Shown piece by piece: positions 13,706 through 24,974 of a stretch of 64,000 nucleotides of DNA (its first letter is position 1; each line of letters begins with the position of its first letter). The position numbers and the translations under genes are program-made. Source of the stretch: Euprymna scolopes (Eukaryota); the NCBI GenBank assembly GCA_053919585.1, contig CM132802.1; one strand, written 5' to 3'. The notes below the pieces were generated by a model. It was not told the origin of the DNA. It did not search any database and saw only the letters and a list, made by a program, of their open reading frames with translations.

Positions 13706-13894
13706 TACTTCCTCACATGGTGTCAATCATTATTTACTACAGATTAGTTTAATAATAAAATTTAATTTTTTCCATCAAACATTAATGGTTAATACAATAA
13801 TAAAAGACGTCAGATAACAAGTCTTTTTATTTAGAGATACACAATCGTGTGCATGTAGAAAATAAAATATGAAAAGAAGAAATTTTTAAAAAGA

Positions 13895-13986
13895 TGTGAT
13901 AAAATTTTTTATAAAATACAATGTGATAAATTTTTTTATAAAATACAATGTGATAAAACTTTTTATAAAATACAATGTGATAAAAC
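13895..13986. repeat. ~27-bp tandem repeat (ATGTGATAAA(T)nATAAAATACA), ~3.5 copies
   Basis: Direct reading. Confidence 0.85.
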
Positions 13987-14011
13987 AAAACCAAATCCAT
14001 TTTCCAAATCA

Positions 14012-14600
14012 GTATATGACGGCATAATCATGTTGAGACACCGGTTCCTGTCAGACCTGCGGTTAAAAAAATGTTAAACCCTGGCAAAAACTCGCTACTC
14101 AAAATCCTGACGTTCTGCCGCCAAAACTCAACTGCAAATCTCGACGTTCTGCTATCAAAAACTCAACTCCAAATCTTAACACTCTTACTGTCAAAACTCA
14201 ACTCTAGAACACGACGCACTGCTAACAACACTTGCTACTCTGACATACAAATAAAAAATCACCCTGTCTCTGAAAAATCAGCTTTTTATATCCAACCGGA
14301 AGCATCTCATTTGCATGTTATGTGAGAAAAGGCGGCCATTTTTTTCTTTTTTCTTCTTGTCTACACAGAACTCCACTAAAATGGGTGACTATTTACGAAT
14401 TCCAGATACTGTATGTGTTCTCTGTTTATCTCAGCTCTTTATAGTCAGTCGTGGGCCACTGAACCCACCAGTGCCGATTCAGGAGGGGTGTGGTTGAGGA
14501 TTGCACAGCCTTTACCTCACAATTACGCATGCAGCTGCCCTTACAAAGGTGTCTATTGTCTCTTGAGACTGAACAGAGGCTTCAATCGATATGACATAGT
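14012..14600 (+). mobile_element. 5S rRNA-derived SINE (SINE3-type), interrupted by an LTR-like insertion at ~14085-14374
   Basis: 5S-like GACGGCATAATCATGTTGAGACACCGGTTCCTGTC ... ACTAAAATGGGTGAC; body homologous to 29290-29570. Confidence 0.7.
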
Positions 14601-15429
14601 TAGTCTAAATGGAGTGAAAAATAGAACTCTGCAAAAAATCTGTTAAAAATAGTTCCACTGTGTTATTTACCAGTAATTCTACTGCCAGAAAAATATAGAT
14701 GGCGCTTTCAATAATTTTCACCTTTCTTTTTTTTCACATTATCATTAAATCAATATTTTGGCATAAATCCGAAATGAAATACTTAAGAATTCAAATGATT
14801 ATCTGCGGTGCCAACTGACAGTTCTTGTTCTGAAGAAATCATCTTCTTTCAGCAGACGTTCTTTTTTTCTCTATTTTACGGCTTAAGATCAGTCTTTGGT
14901 TTTTCTAATTCCTGCCTTCAAACTCTGCTTTCTAATCTATCCATTCCTTCCTTTTTATATCAAGATTACTTTCTTCATAAGCTCTTTAAATGCAGGGAAG
15001 CGGAATTGGTTGAATGAATACCATAGCAGACCATAAAATTGAATTGCGCATTAATGCACTTGAGAAAGCTTTAAATACATAATTTCCCAATAGCTAAGGG
15101 GTTAGACAGAAACCTGTGTTCAGTTAAGGCATGTTGCCACTGGGTCCAGATTTATTGGGGGGCAACATAACTGGGAAGATGGATAGCAAGATGTTTGTTC
15201 ACAGTACATATAAATTTTTGCATGTTCATATGGCCAGGGAAACAAAGCGCAGAGAGAGAATTTGAAAGGCAAGTGACCTGAAGAAAGAACCTATTTCAGT
15301 AGAAAATTTTCTGGCATCTATTGACGATTACAGTGAAAGGGTTCTATTTTGCTGCTAGTTTGGTGGGTCGACATCATTTACATTAGATCCCTTCTTTTTC
15401 CTCGTATCAATTATTATGTTTTGGAATTA

Positions 15430-15720
15430 CTTAGATGAGGATTGATTATTTGTATTATTCAGACTACTGTTCTCATCTTGGGTGTTATTCTCACAATATT
15501 TTAGACGATGTAACCTCCGACCTTCTTCAAGTGTATCCTGTCAAACTCGGGAATCTTTCTGTCAAACTCGGTATTCTGTAAAGAATTTCAAACAGAAACC
15601 TTTATTTAATCCACAAGGTAACTTATTCTTGTTTCATCAGCCATGACCGGGTAGAATCTTAAGTAATTTGTATTCTTAGTATCGTCAGCATGGCAAAAAT
15701 AATTTCATGTGAAGATGTGT
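15430..15720 (-). mobile_element. Penelope-like non-autonomous repeat with decayed hammerhead
   Basis: Homologous to 21630-22085, 36125-36265 and 44630-44950; degenerate CACCTGAAGA...CGAAACGTTGTG motif. Confidence 0.55.
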
Positions 15721-15749
15721 TATATAGAGCACTGTCGGGGGGATGCTTA

Positions 15750-16233
15750 TGTAACAGAGCGCGTATGAGCATATGTGAAAATATCAGCAGCAGTCAAAGG
15801 ATAGATGGCTAGCCAAAATATTAGCAGCAGCAGCAATTTGAGCACATATGCAAATTAGCAAGTGTGAGCGGGCTTGAGTAAGAAGAAAAAGAAAAGGAAA
15901 GAAAAATGCACCATAGAAAAGAAAAACAAGCTGGGTGAGATGAACGTGTGGTGATCCCATGGTGGTTGCGAGAGACTTTTAGCTGGTGCCAAGATGGCAC
16001 GGTTTTGTTAATCTCATGGCTGACGAAATGAACAATTAGAAAAACAAGAAGCAAGCCTTATTTCGAAAGTAATGGTGACAAATGACTTTTGCAAAAACAG
16101 GAAAAAAAAAAGCCGAGTCAGATTTATTTATTCTTGTTTGTTTCGGTTCCTTTACGATGGTACCAGACGGCGTGGGGGTCCGAGAGGTTTCGAAGTGTAA
16201 TGAGCATGGTTTGAGCACAATGGCCATGTTACA
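15750..16233 (+). mobile_element. Solo LTR
   Basis: TGTAAC...GTTACA termini; CTTA/CTAA flanks; related to 57331-57633. Confidence 0.65.
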
Positions 16234-17024
16234 CTAAGTAATCTGAACAATTATTAGTATGATCGTTTTTTGATGTCTAGAAAATATCTATCAAGATGAA
16301 AGATATGTCTAGGATAAAAATATTAAGGCAGAAATCTATCAGGAATGTTAACGTAGGAATGTGAAAACAAAAAAGAATGTTAGGACATAAACAATGAAGA
16401 TGATTTTAGTGACGGCATCACGTGATCTTAATGTTACGGGAATTAATGATGTAATGAGATAGATTTTAAGAGAGGTGCAGTTTAGTTTAGAGTTTGGAGT
16501 TAGACGGGAAAAGTCAGACAAGTAAACACAAAAGATATCGTCTCTGCGTTTTGGAAGCTGGGGGATATGCAACTTCAGCATAATGTAGAAAATTACGATT
16601 TACAGCTGAGATGGAAAGTCAAGAATAAAGTTATATCAGATATATAATTTATTATTGATTGGTTTCCTTCGGAGGGAAATGAACTTGTATAATGAAAAGA
16701 TACGAAGAAACAACAGAGAGGGATGTTCTTTGCCTGTGCACTACACAGACTGATGTTAATGAACTGTTTTATTATATGTGAAACACTCACACGCACATAA
16801 AACAATAGAATAACATTTCCACCACTAGATGTCACAACGTTAATAGACATCAGGTATCTAAAAAGGGGTTATATACTGCCCGACCATACAACAGATATGC
16901 GCATTACTAATTCCATTGCACTTAATTTTAATATTCACTTTTGAATCAGAATGCCTTTATACGGGATCGAAAAATATGTTTCCTGTTCTGGATCATTTAT
17001 CCATTTCGTAACATATGTAACTTT

Positions 17025-17836
17025 TATAAGACCAAATTTCTATCTTTCCATCATCAACGCTCTGATCTCCATCTGGCATCAATTGAAATAAATGGCTCTC
17101 ATCTTGAGGAGGTTCCATGTTTTGACAAACTTCTGGGCTTGACCTTTACTCCTGATCTGAAATGGAACACATACATCAAATCCATTGCCAGGGCTGCTGG
17201 GAAAATACTGGGATCGTTCTTCCGCTCCAGTAGATATCTAACTACTGATGTAATTCTTTACATGTATAAGAACCAAGTGCGTACAAGGATGGAGAACTGT
17301 TGCCACATCTGGGCAGGAGCTGCTAGAAGCAGCTTATCCTGCCTTGACAGAGTTCAAAATAGACTTCATAGCCTAGTGGGGTATGCCCTTTTCTCTTACC
17401 TGGAACCTCTTTCTCACAGAAGAGACATCGCGAGCCTGTCTCCATTTTATTATTTTCATGGCAAGTGCTCGTCTGAGCTCCAATCTATGGTCCCTCCTGG
17501 CCTTTCATGAAAAGCATTCGTCTTTCTGAAAACACTATCAATAATTTCCCACACTCTAAACGTAGATTCCATGAACAAAGTTTCTTTCTTAGAACTGCAC
17601 ACCTGTGGAACTCTGTTTCGTTTTCCCGCTTTCCAACTGACTACAATCTGGTTGTCTTCAAGTCCAACATGAACAAATTCTTGATGAGCCATCCCCTTAA
17701 GTAATCCAATTTACCAAATTTCCACTACTAACGATGACTGACATGTTCCCCTTGACCACTGTACACTCATTAACCCATATCCTCGAGTGGTTTTCGGGCC
17801 TTGATAAGTGGTGACTCGTTTGTAAAAAAAAAAAAA
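17025..17836 (+). mobile_element. 5'-truncated CR1/L2-group LINE (frameshifted)
   Basis: ORFs 16941-17510 and 17507-17704 (LLGLTFTPDLKWNTYI); poly(A) end. Confidence 0.9.
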
Positions 17837-18112
17837 GAAGCATTTTAAATTATTTTCATTAGTTATTTTAATATCTGACTAGGTTAGCACTGTTAGTGCA
17901 GTAACTAAGTATGCCAAAGTATTCCATCTTTACCTAACTTCTACTGCTTTCTAGCTGGAATGCAAGAAAATATTTATGAAATTTTGTGGAAGAGAATATG
18001 CCTTTTAATATTCGCATTAGAGAGTGAGTAACTATGATGAATGAATTTGCATATTGTTTTCATTATCAAAATTTATTTCCAAATATTGCAATACAGTAAG
18101 AAACTTACATCG

Positions 18113-18470
18113 TATCAGGTTGTCCAGAAAATCAGTGTCAAATTTGAAAGGAAATGAAAAGTCAAAAATGTAATTTAAAATTTAATTAAATGCTCATCAA
18201 TGGTGAATTTTGGTATGTTTAAGGATTTTTGCTAGTTCTTGGGTTTTGTAATGCGGGTTGTTATTTTTAATTAATGTCTATATTTGGCCGTCATCGGTAG
18301 AAAGTGAGCGTTCTTCATCATTAAGACTAAAATCCCTAGTTTGGCGAACCATTTCTGAACAGTTCTGTCAACTAAAGCATCTTCACTGTACACAGAATGT
18401 ATCTTTTTTTGTTGTTGTTGGTGAGGAATTTTTGCCTTAATGGAAATAGAAAAGCACAAAGTGCCTAAAA
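18113..18470 (-). mobile_element. Internally deleted mariner element
   Basis: TIR-like TATCAGGTTG; minus-strand HTH remnant IHSVYSEDALVDRTVQKWFAK. Confidence 0.65.
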
Positions 18471-18944
18471 TGGGTCTTAAAATCTTCCACTTTCAAAAGT
18501 CTCCCAGACTGGCACAGGTTAAATCATTTTTAACTTTCTTTCTCAAGAGACTACATGAAGTATGTTCTAACCGAAAATGTAAATACACAGAAAGTTATAG
18601 ACAAAATAAAATAAATATAGGTATATATGAATTTATTTGTCATTTCAATAAGGAAAAAACATCAATGGGAAGAAGGACCATGAATACTCTTTATACCTAG
18701 GCATTTCTCCACTTCACATGTTGAGCTTCTTGTATCTTGATAAGTCTCTATTTAAAGAATTCTTCAATATTCTTTAATTCCCTTTCATAGCTCGGTTCTT
18801 ATTGTTGAGCACTTGAAGGTTGAAATAAAAGTCGGTCACTTAAGCTCACATGCGCAGATCATGATGTTATGATTATTAGATCATTATGGATTGACGTCTC
18901 GACATTTAAAAAATAAATGTTTAAATTTCAACAACATTTCTCGT

Positions 18945-19094
18945 GGTTTACGTTGTCCATGGCTAATGGAGTCAAAGATGGCTTTGTGGCCGGGTTCAAA
19001 TCTCCACACTGGCAGTAATCATGTCACCCTGCACTGATGATTCCCAAAAGGATGAAACACTAGTGTCTGTAAGTATTTAAAAATTGTTATAGCA

Positions 19095-19100
<6 letters not shown>
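18945..19100 (+). mobile_element. tRNA-headed SINE-like element with hammerhead ribozyme
   Basis: B-box GGTTCAAATCT followed by the hammerhead core; family copies at ~5140-5245 and 46750-46890 (minus). Confidence 0.65.
19030..19071 (+). ncRNA. Type I hammerhead ribozyme (slightly degenerate)
   Basis: TGCA-CTGATGA-tTCCcaaaaGGAt-GAA-ACACTAGTGT-C-TGTA; GUC site at 19065-19067; U-U mismatch at the base of stem II. Confidence 0.7.
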
Positions 19101-19142
<42 letters not shown>

Positions 19143-19146
<4 letters not shown>

Positions 19147-19889
19147 GCTGGACGCCCGATGTTTCCTAATCATACAATATGTTTAATCATGATATTTTAA
19201 TTTATGCTCATTGTATTTGTATTATCATAGAATCAATCATCTATTGAATATTATATATTAAGAGGAATAATTTGTCCAGTTGACTAATTCGCAAAAAAAA
19301 CAAAACAAAATAATAATGATAATGTCGTTCATCAATTTCCATCTGTGTTTGTTTACAATATCACATCAGCTGATATTTGGGCTTAACGATGAGTGGCCTG
19401 GAAAAGTCACTTCTGATTAATGTTTACTTTTAAAATATGCAAACGAAATGATTTGCTGCGATTTTAAATGGTACCTCTTTCTTCATAAATTGAACTTATT
19501 AATAAGAAAAAAATAAAATGTTGAGGTACACCCGGGCTTGAACAGGAGAGCATTCGATCTTTAGTCAAATGCTCTACCACTGAGCTATATCTCCAGATGA
19601 CGACAAATCTGTAGTTTTTTTAAAGAAGCAATGATTTGCTGAGATTTTGTTATCTTCCTTGGTCGGTGTAACGTGAAATATTCCCCTGTAAAAATTCTTC
19701 TTTTTCATCTATAAGAAAGAAATTATTTTTCCGATCAAATTTTTTCAATTTTTGATACTTATTGGATAAATTTCTGTATAAAACATGTTTAAGAACACTA
19801 CCAAACATATAAATTACCTTTGTGTGGAATTTACAAAAGATAGGCTCAGTCGTTTCGGAACATATGAGAAAGGAACTCACACCTCACAT

Positions 19890-19925
<36 letters not shown>

Positions 19926-19950
19926 TACACACACAAAGTGACTTATAACT
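19143..19950 (-). mobile_element. Mosaic non-autonomous Helitron carrying a tRNA pseudogene
   Basis: 5' end similar to the 4151 element, 3' end similar to the 5392 element. Confidence 0.65.
19523..19594 (-). pseudogene. tRNA-Cys-like pseudogene (anticodon position reads AAA)
   Basis: Minus strand GGAGATATAGCTCAGTGGTAGAGCATTTGACTAAAGATCGAA...GTTCAAGCCCGGGTG resembles metazoan tRNA-Cys. Confidence 0.7.
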
Positions 19951-20184
19951 ACTTCATTTACTCACATAAATTAATATATGAAAGTATAAATTTATGTGTA
20001 AACTTTAAGTATTTACTTCAACAGTGCTCAATACGAAGGTAGAGCTAGTTAGTAAGTTATAAAATATATATGGCGATTAAGCTACACAGAATATTTCGCG
20101 TTTCATCCACTCTAGGCATAAGCCTGAAGAATCCTAGAGTGGATGAAACGCGGAATATTCTGTGTAGCTTAATCGCCATATATA
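19945..20184. mobile_element. Penelope-like terminal repeat with partial inverted duplication
   Basis: ~53-bp arms at ~20064-20116 and ~20133-20184; body homologous (inverted) to 54061-54250. Confidence 0.7.
20119..20171 (+). ncRNA. Type I hammerhead ribozyme, complete core
   Basis: Stem I TAAGC/GCTTA; CTGAAGA; stem II ATCC/GGAT; GAAA; near-palindromic stem III ACGCGGAATATTCTGTGT; GUA cleavage triplet. Confidence 0.85.
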
Positions 20185-20204
20185 TATATATATATATATA
20201 TATA

Positions 20205-20424
20205 CTGTCGGATTTCGGCGCGGTTTGCTTGATCTGTGTTAGTTAATAGACTTTCTTGTGTATGACACGTTTGTTCAGTTGGCAGAGTGCTTGCCTCGCA
20301 TGCAAGAGGCTTGAGTTTTGAATCCTGAATTCGGATGTGTCTAACTGATGAGCCCAAATGAGGGTGAAACTCGAGTTTTGGATTTCCGGTTTGTTGGCTG
20401 TCATAGCTCTTGTGAGCTGCGACG
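20205..20424 (+). mobile_element. tRNA-Ala-containing small retroelement with hammerhead, inserted in (TA)n
   Basis: Anticodon arm CTTGC-CTCGCAT-GCAAG; acceptor-like GACACGT/ATGTGTC; hammerhead directly downstream. Confidence 0.7.
20339..20383 (+). ncRNA. Type I hammerhead ribozyme
   Basis: Stem I GTCTAA/TTGGAT; CTGATGA; stem II GCCC/GGGT; GAAA; palindromic stem III ACTCGAGT; GUU triplet. Confidence 0.8.
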
Positions 20425-21034
20425 ATATATATATATATATATATATATAAATTGATGATCATGTTTCTACCTTTCACAAAATAAACTGAATCAACTTATG
20501 TTCTTTTTATTATGTACTTTGTTGATATACATATTAATATATCCCATTTATTTTGGATTGATTATTGCTTGGTGTCTTCTGAACATTCTATAATATCGCT
20601 ATTGTCATCTATCTTGTACAAGCGTGTCATCTTCATAAGCAAACTAGTCTGAGTCACTTTAGTTGACATTATTCTATTTTTATTCTTCTTCTCCTCCTCT
20701 CAAATGCAGAAAACTCAAAGACTCAAAGTATTATGATTTTGCCTGTCAAAGAGACATCGGAAGGAAACAAAACGACGGTGGATCAACTATAAGGTGAAAT
20801 ATTACTTCCTTTCGCCAGTTGTGAGTCACGGAAAGGCAAAGCTTGTTTGGCTTCGGATATCAGGTTTTGAGCATCTAAACATAGTTTGTTTTCAATAATT
20901 CATCAATTCTTTTATTTTCTTTATATCTCACTTGTCAGCTTGAACAATACTTACAAAGAGAAGAAAAGACTGTGGACCCATGTGTCTGTATGAACTAAGT
21001 ATATTTATCAAACTAAAACTTTCACTGTATCATT

Positions 21035-21065
<31 letters not shown>

Positions 21066-21732
21066 TTTTTCTAGTAGTATGCTATGTTTCGGCGCTTCTA
21101 CGGAATTAGAACGAAATTTTGTGGTCGATAAATGGAGTTTTCAGATAAGAAACAATAGTTTCAACTGATTTTTTTTTGTCAATTCTAATAAGTTATAATG
21201 GTAGCTTTCAAATTATGCAGCCGAAATTACCCGAATATTACTGAATTATTAAAAAAACAACAACTTTAATCGTATTAGCAGGTGAACATTTTCCGCCATC
21301 TTGTTTTAATCAAAACGGAAAATTACCTCCCTTTTGAATTGTCCTGTATTTTACGATCGTTTTCATCGAATTCTATTTTTCATTTTCTTTAATAAATAAT
21401 TTTGTACCTCATCGATTTTCGTAATTTTTGGATATAATCATCTTAAAAATACAAGGAATACGTAGATACCGTTGTTTTCATGTGAAATTCAGTATTACGA
21501 TTTCCGATATTTCATCCCAATAGTGTAGAAGCGCCTATGTTTCTTAGTGACGTCTCTTGCTTTAATCAATAATCTAATTTGAACTTTTAAAAAATCTCAA
21601 AGGTTATAAAATATAAATATACAGTTTCTGAATTTTTGAGACGAGGATTAATAATTTGTATCATTTAGAATATCCACACTATTGTTTTCATCTTGAGTGT
21701 TTGTCTCACAACGTTTTGTCTAACGGAACACT

Positions 21733-21910
21733 TTTTTTTTTTACTAGGGAGGAGGTCATTACTTATCAAGGCCTAAAGGCCACTTGAGGATAAGTGTCCA
21801 GTGAGACAACACCGTGATGATCAGTAATGGTGGAACTTCGATAGTATTTGATTATTTAACAGGACGGTTCAACAAGAATTTGTTTACATTAGACTTGAAA
21901 ACGATCATGT
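21733..21910 (-). mobile_element. CR1/L2-group LINE 3' tip nested in a Penelope-like repeat
   Basis: poly(T) plus CTTATCAAGGCC...GAGGATAAG, the reverse complement of the LINE 3' UTR. Confidence 0.7.
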
Positions 21911-22089
21911 TAGGAATCTTTTAGTGGAACTCGAGAATCTACACAGAATTTTGAATAGAATCTTTTATTTAATCTTATTCAATCAGCTACGACTGGGTAG
22001 AAGTCTTATCAATTCATAATTGTATTCTAACTATCATCTACACTGAGGATTGAACCTTCAATCCCCCAATAGTGTCATTTAGCACATAA

Positions 22090-22147
22090 CTAGAAGTTCA
22101 GCCCGGCTTTGCTCGGGCCCTATGTACTGTTCATAACTTTATGTGCA

Positions 22148-22184
<37 letters not shown>

Positions 22185-22939
22185 ATTTGACTCATGTCCA
22201 GGTAACCTATATCTAAAATTTCAAGTGCTAAGACCCCAAATTGACGGAGGAGTTTGGTAGAGTCCGTAATGGCGAACTCTTTCAACTTTGACCTCCTGGC
22301 AAACAAATTTTCGCCCCAAAACTAATTAAAAAGCTTGCTACATGTCTGAATGCACTTTATGTAAAATGTCAAATGTTTAGACCCAAAATTAGTTGAATAG
22401 TTTGCTAGAGACGGCAAGGGTCAAATCTTTTTAACTTTAACCTCTTGGCAGCCAAATTTTAGGCCAAAAACTGATTAAAAAGCTTGCCCTATGTCTGAAT
22501 ACACTTTATGTATAATTTCAGATGTTTAGACCAAAAATTGGCTGAGTAATTTGGTAGAGACCGCAGAAGTCAAATATTTTAAAAACTTTGATCCCAATTT
22601 TGAGCCCTTAACATTTGTTGTTTTGGGCTCAAATCTAATTAAAAAGTTTGATCTATGTCCAAGTAACCTACATCTAAAATTTCAAGTGTTTAGATCCAAA
22701 ATTGGCAGAGGAGTTTGGTAGAGTTTTCAAAGGTCAAATCGTGTAACTTTGACCCCTTGACAGCCAAATATATGGCCAAAAATAATTAACAAGATTTTCC
22801 AAAATCTCAATACCCCTTATGTCAAATGTTGAGTCTGTAGACTGAAAATTGACAGAGTAGTTTAGTAGGGAAATGCACACACACACACACACGCACACAC
22901 ACACAAACACACACACAGGTACAATTTCACTTTTATAGA
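22090..22939 (-). mobile_element. Non-autonomous Helitron with internal ~135-bp repeats
   Basis: CTAG plus GCCCGGCTTTGCTCGGGC hairpin; TC at the other end; homologous to 49220-49670. Confidence 0.75.
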
Positions 22940-22965
22940 TATGTAGACATATAGGTTTTTACAAG

Positions 22966-23968
22966 TATGAGATGCTTTCCAAAAGTAATGCCTCCTATTT
23001 TTTAATCTGTCAGAACGGATCAGAGGAGATTGCAAATTGCATTGTTATGATGACTGAACTTATGCATTATGTAATCTAATCAGAAAAAATATAATTGCCA
23101 ACATGCACATGATTTATATATCTCGCCTCCAGTCATTTTATAGCATCTTTTTAGCACAGTTAATTCATTGATATCAAAATTAATGCATATCAAACTGTAT
23201 GCCACTTCAAACACGGCTAAACACAACTAGCCTTTCAAACACGGTTAGACACAACTAACCCTTCAAATACGGCTAGGCACAATTACACAAAGACGTCAAT
23301 TCTAAAAAAAAAAAAAGAAGTCTGGCTCAAATTATAACTTACTCCTCAATAGTTTAATGATGAATGTCTAAAAAGTTAAGAACAAATCGCATTTTAATCT
23401 CTCCATTTCACAATGACGATAATTTTTTAAAAAGTTTGCATCAAATCGTATTTTAATTTCTCCATTTTATGACAACAATTTTCATAAAATCTGACTTGTC
23501 CAGGTCGCATCAACTTTACATTTCTACCGAAATAGCTTGTAATCTAATCAGAAAAAAATATAATTGCCAGCATATTTAAAACATTGTGTTCTTCACTACC
23601 AACCACTCAATCCTTACCCTTTCAGTTTTGGTCTTTTTATAACATCTTTTTAGTGCAGTTAATTCATTGATATACAAATTAATGCATATCAAACTACACA
23701 TTCATGAATTAAAAGTTTCATCTCTCTGTCGCAGATATTGACAGTGTGAGACTCTAAGAAACAACTCCTGTCATGAATGTGCGTTAGAAGCAGATAAGCG
23801 TCATCAAATTCCTGGCAAAAGTGCATTGAGAATAATGGTGACAATGTAGGAAAATAAATTCTGGATCACAAAAGGTCTCTCATTTTAATGGTACTACTCC
23901 CGTCTTCATAGCTAATCAATTTTTTTTAGTTAAAATGAATAGGAGGTTTTACTTTTGGACCCTGCATA
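22966..23968 (+). mobile_element. Non-autonomous mariner-like element interrupted by a mini-LTR element
   Basis: TIRs TCCAAAAGTAATGCCTCCTATT / AATAGGAGGTTTTACTTTTGGA; uninterrupted copy at 57839-58356. Confidence 0.75.
23070..23698 (-). mobile_element. TRIM-like miniature LTR retroelement
   Basis: Direct repeats 23070-23199 and 23538-23698; TG...CA termini; CATTA/CATTC flanks; a single CATTC at the empty site in the paralogous mariner (57935-57939). Confidence 0.75.
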
Positions 23969-24092
23969 CTTCATTTGTTATTCCATGGGTCAGAATTATC
24001 TGCAAGCCATTCATATACAAAATGGAATCTTTTGAGTATTAAAAAATATGAAGAACTTAAAATCTTTTACAAAAATCACTGGATTCAGCAAT

Positions 24093-24820
24093 AAACAAGT
24101 GAAGCATGCATGGTCCCCCGCGAGTGCACAGTAAACGAGGCATAAAAAAAAGAATAAGTTCAGCATTTACCCTCCCCCGCCCATTTAGCCCCAAAAGTCC
24201 CCAGGGGACGTCAAATCCTGGTGAAAATGAACAAACGGTGCAGTTTTAGGCCTTAACATATGTAAATTTGAGTTCTGCACCATCCAAAAAAAAAAAAAGA
24301 ATCCATCATTTGCCCCCCCCCCCCTATTAAGCCTCAAAAGTCCCCAATTCCTTAACATATTTAAATTTGAGTTCAGCACCATGAAAAATTGCTAAATAGA
24401 CATACACAGAAAATTTTGGACAAATGTGGTAAAATAGTCCCAAAAATGGAGTGTTTTTATTAGCCCTAAAAGAGCCCCTGGGGCATAGCCAAGAGTTATT
24501 GGGAAGTACAGACAAACAAAATTATATAGAAATCAGTTAGTTACAACTTTTCAGAAAGTTTTATAAAAATGCAAGGCATCAATTTTTTTTTAATAGGCAC
24601 AAAAATGTCAATTTTAGCCATTTTAATTCGAAAGGCAACCAGAGTTTTCCCCAGAAAATCTGTTCTGTTACTTTTTTACTTATATCATGTTTAATGTTCG
24701 TGGAACATTTTTAAAAATTCCAAGGCGTAGTTATTGAGAAAAGTGCGGACAGACAAACAGACAAACGGGCAAGGGTAAATTTACAGGTCCACCCTCCTTT
24801 TGTTGGGGGGAGACCAATAA
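24093..24820. mobile_element. Helentron/DINE-like non-autonomous element
   Basis: AACAAG terminus; (GACA)n-like repeat and terminal hairpin CCCTCC...GGGGGG followed by AATAA. Confidence 0.5.
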
Positions 24821-24974
24821 CATAAAACGTGTTGATGCATTATAAAACAAAGCGACCAAAACAACCGGAAAGAAATAAGTGATAGAAAATTCCCATCATT
24901 CCTTGCAACTGCCTTGGATATTTGAAGATAGCAAAGGTGACAATTACTAAAAAGAAAAGGCATGATGTAAGGTT

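Noticed and set aside
19523-19594. Functional tRNA-Phe(AAA) or tRNA-Cys gene
   Set aside because: Mismatched stems, altered anticodon, and located inside a Helitron.
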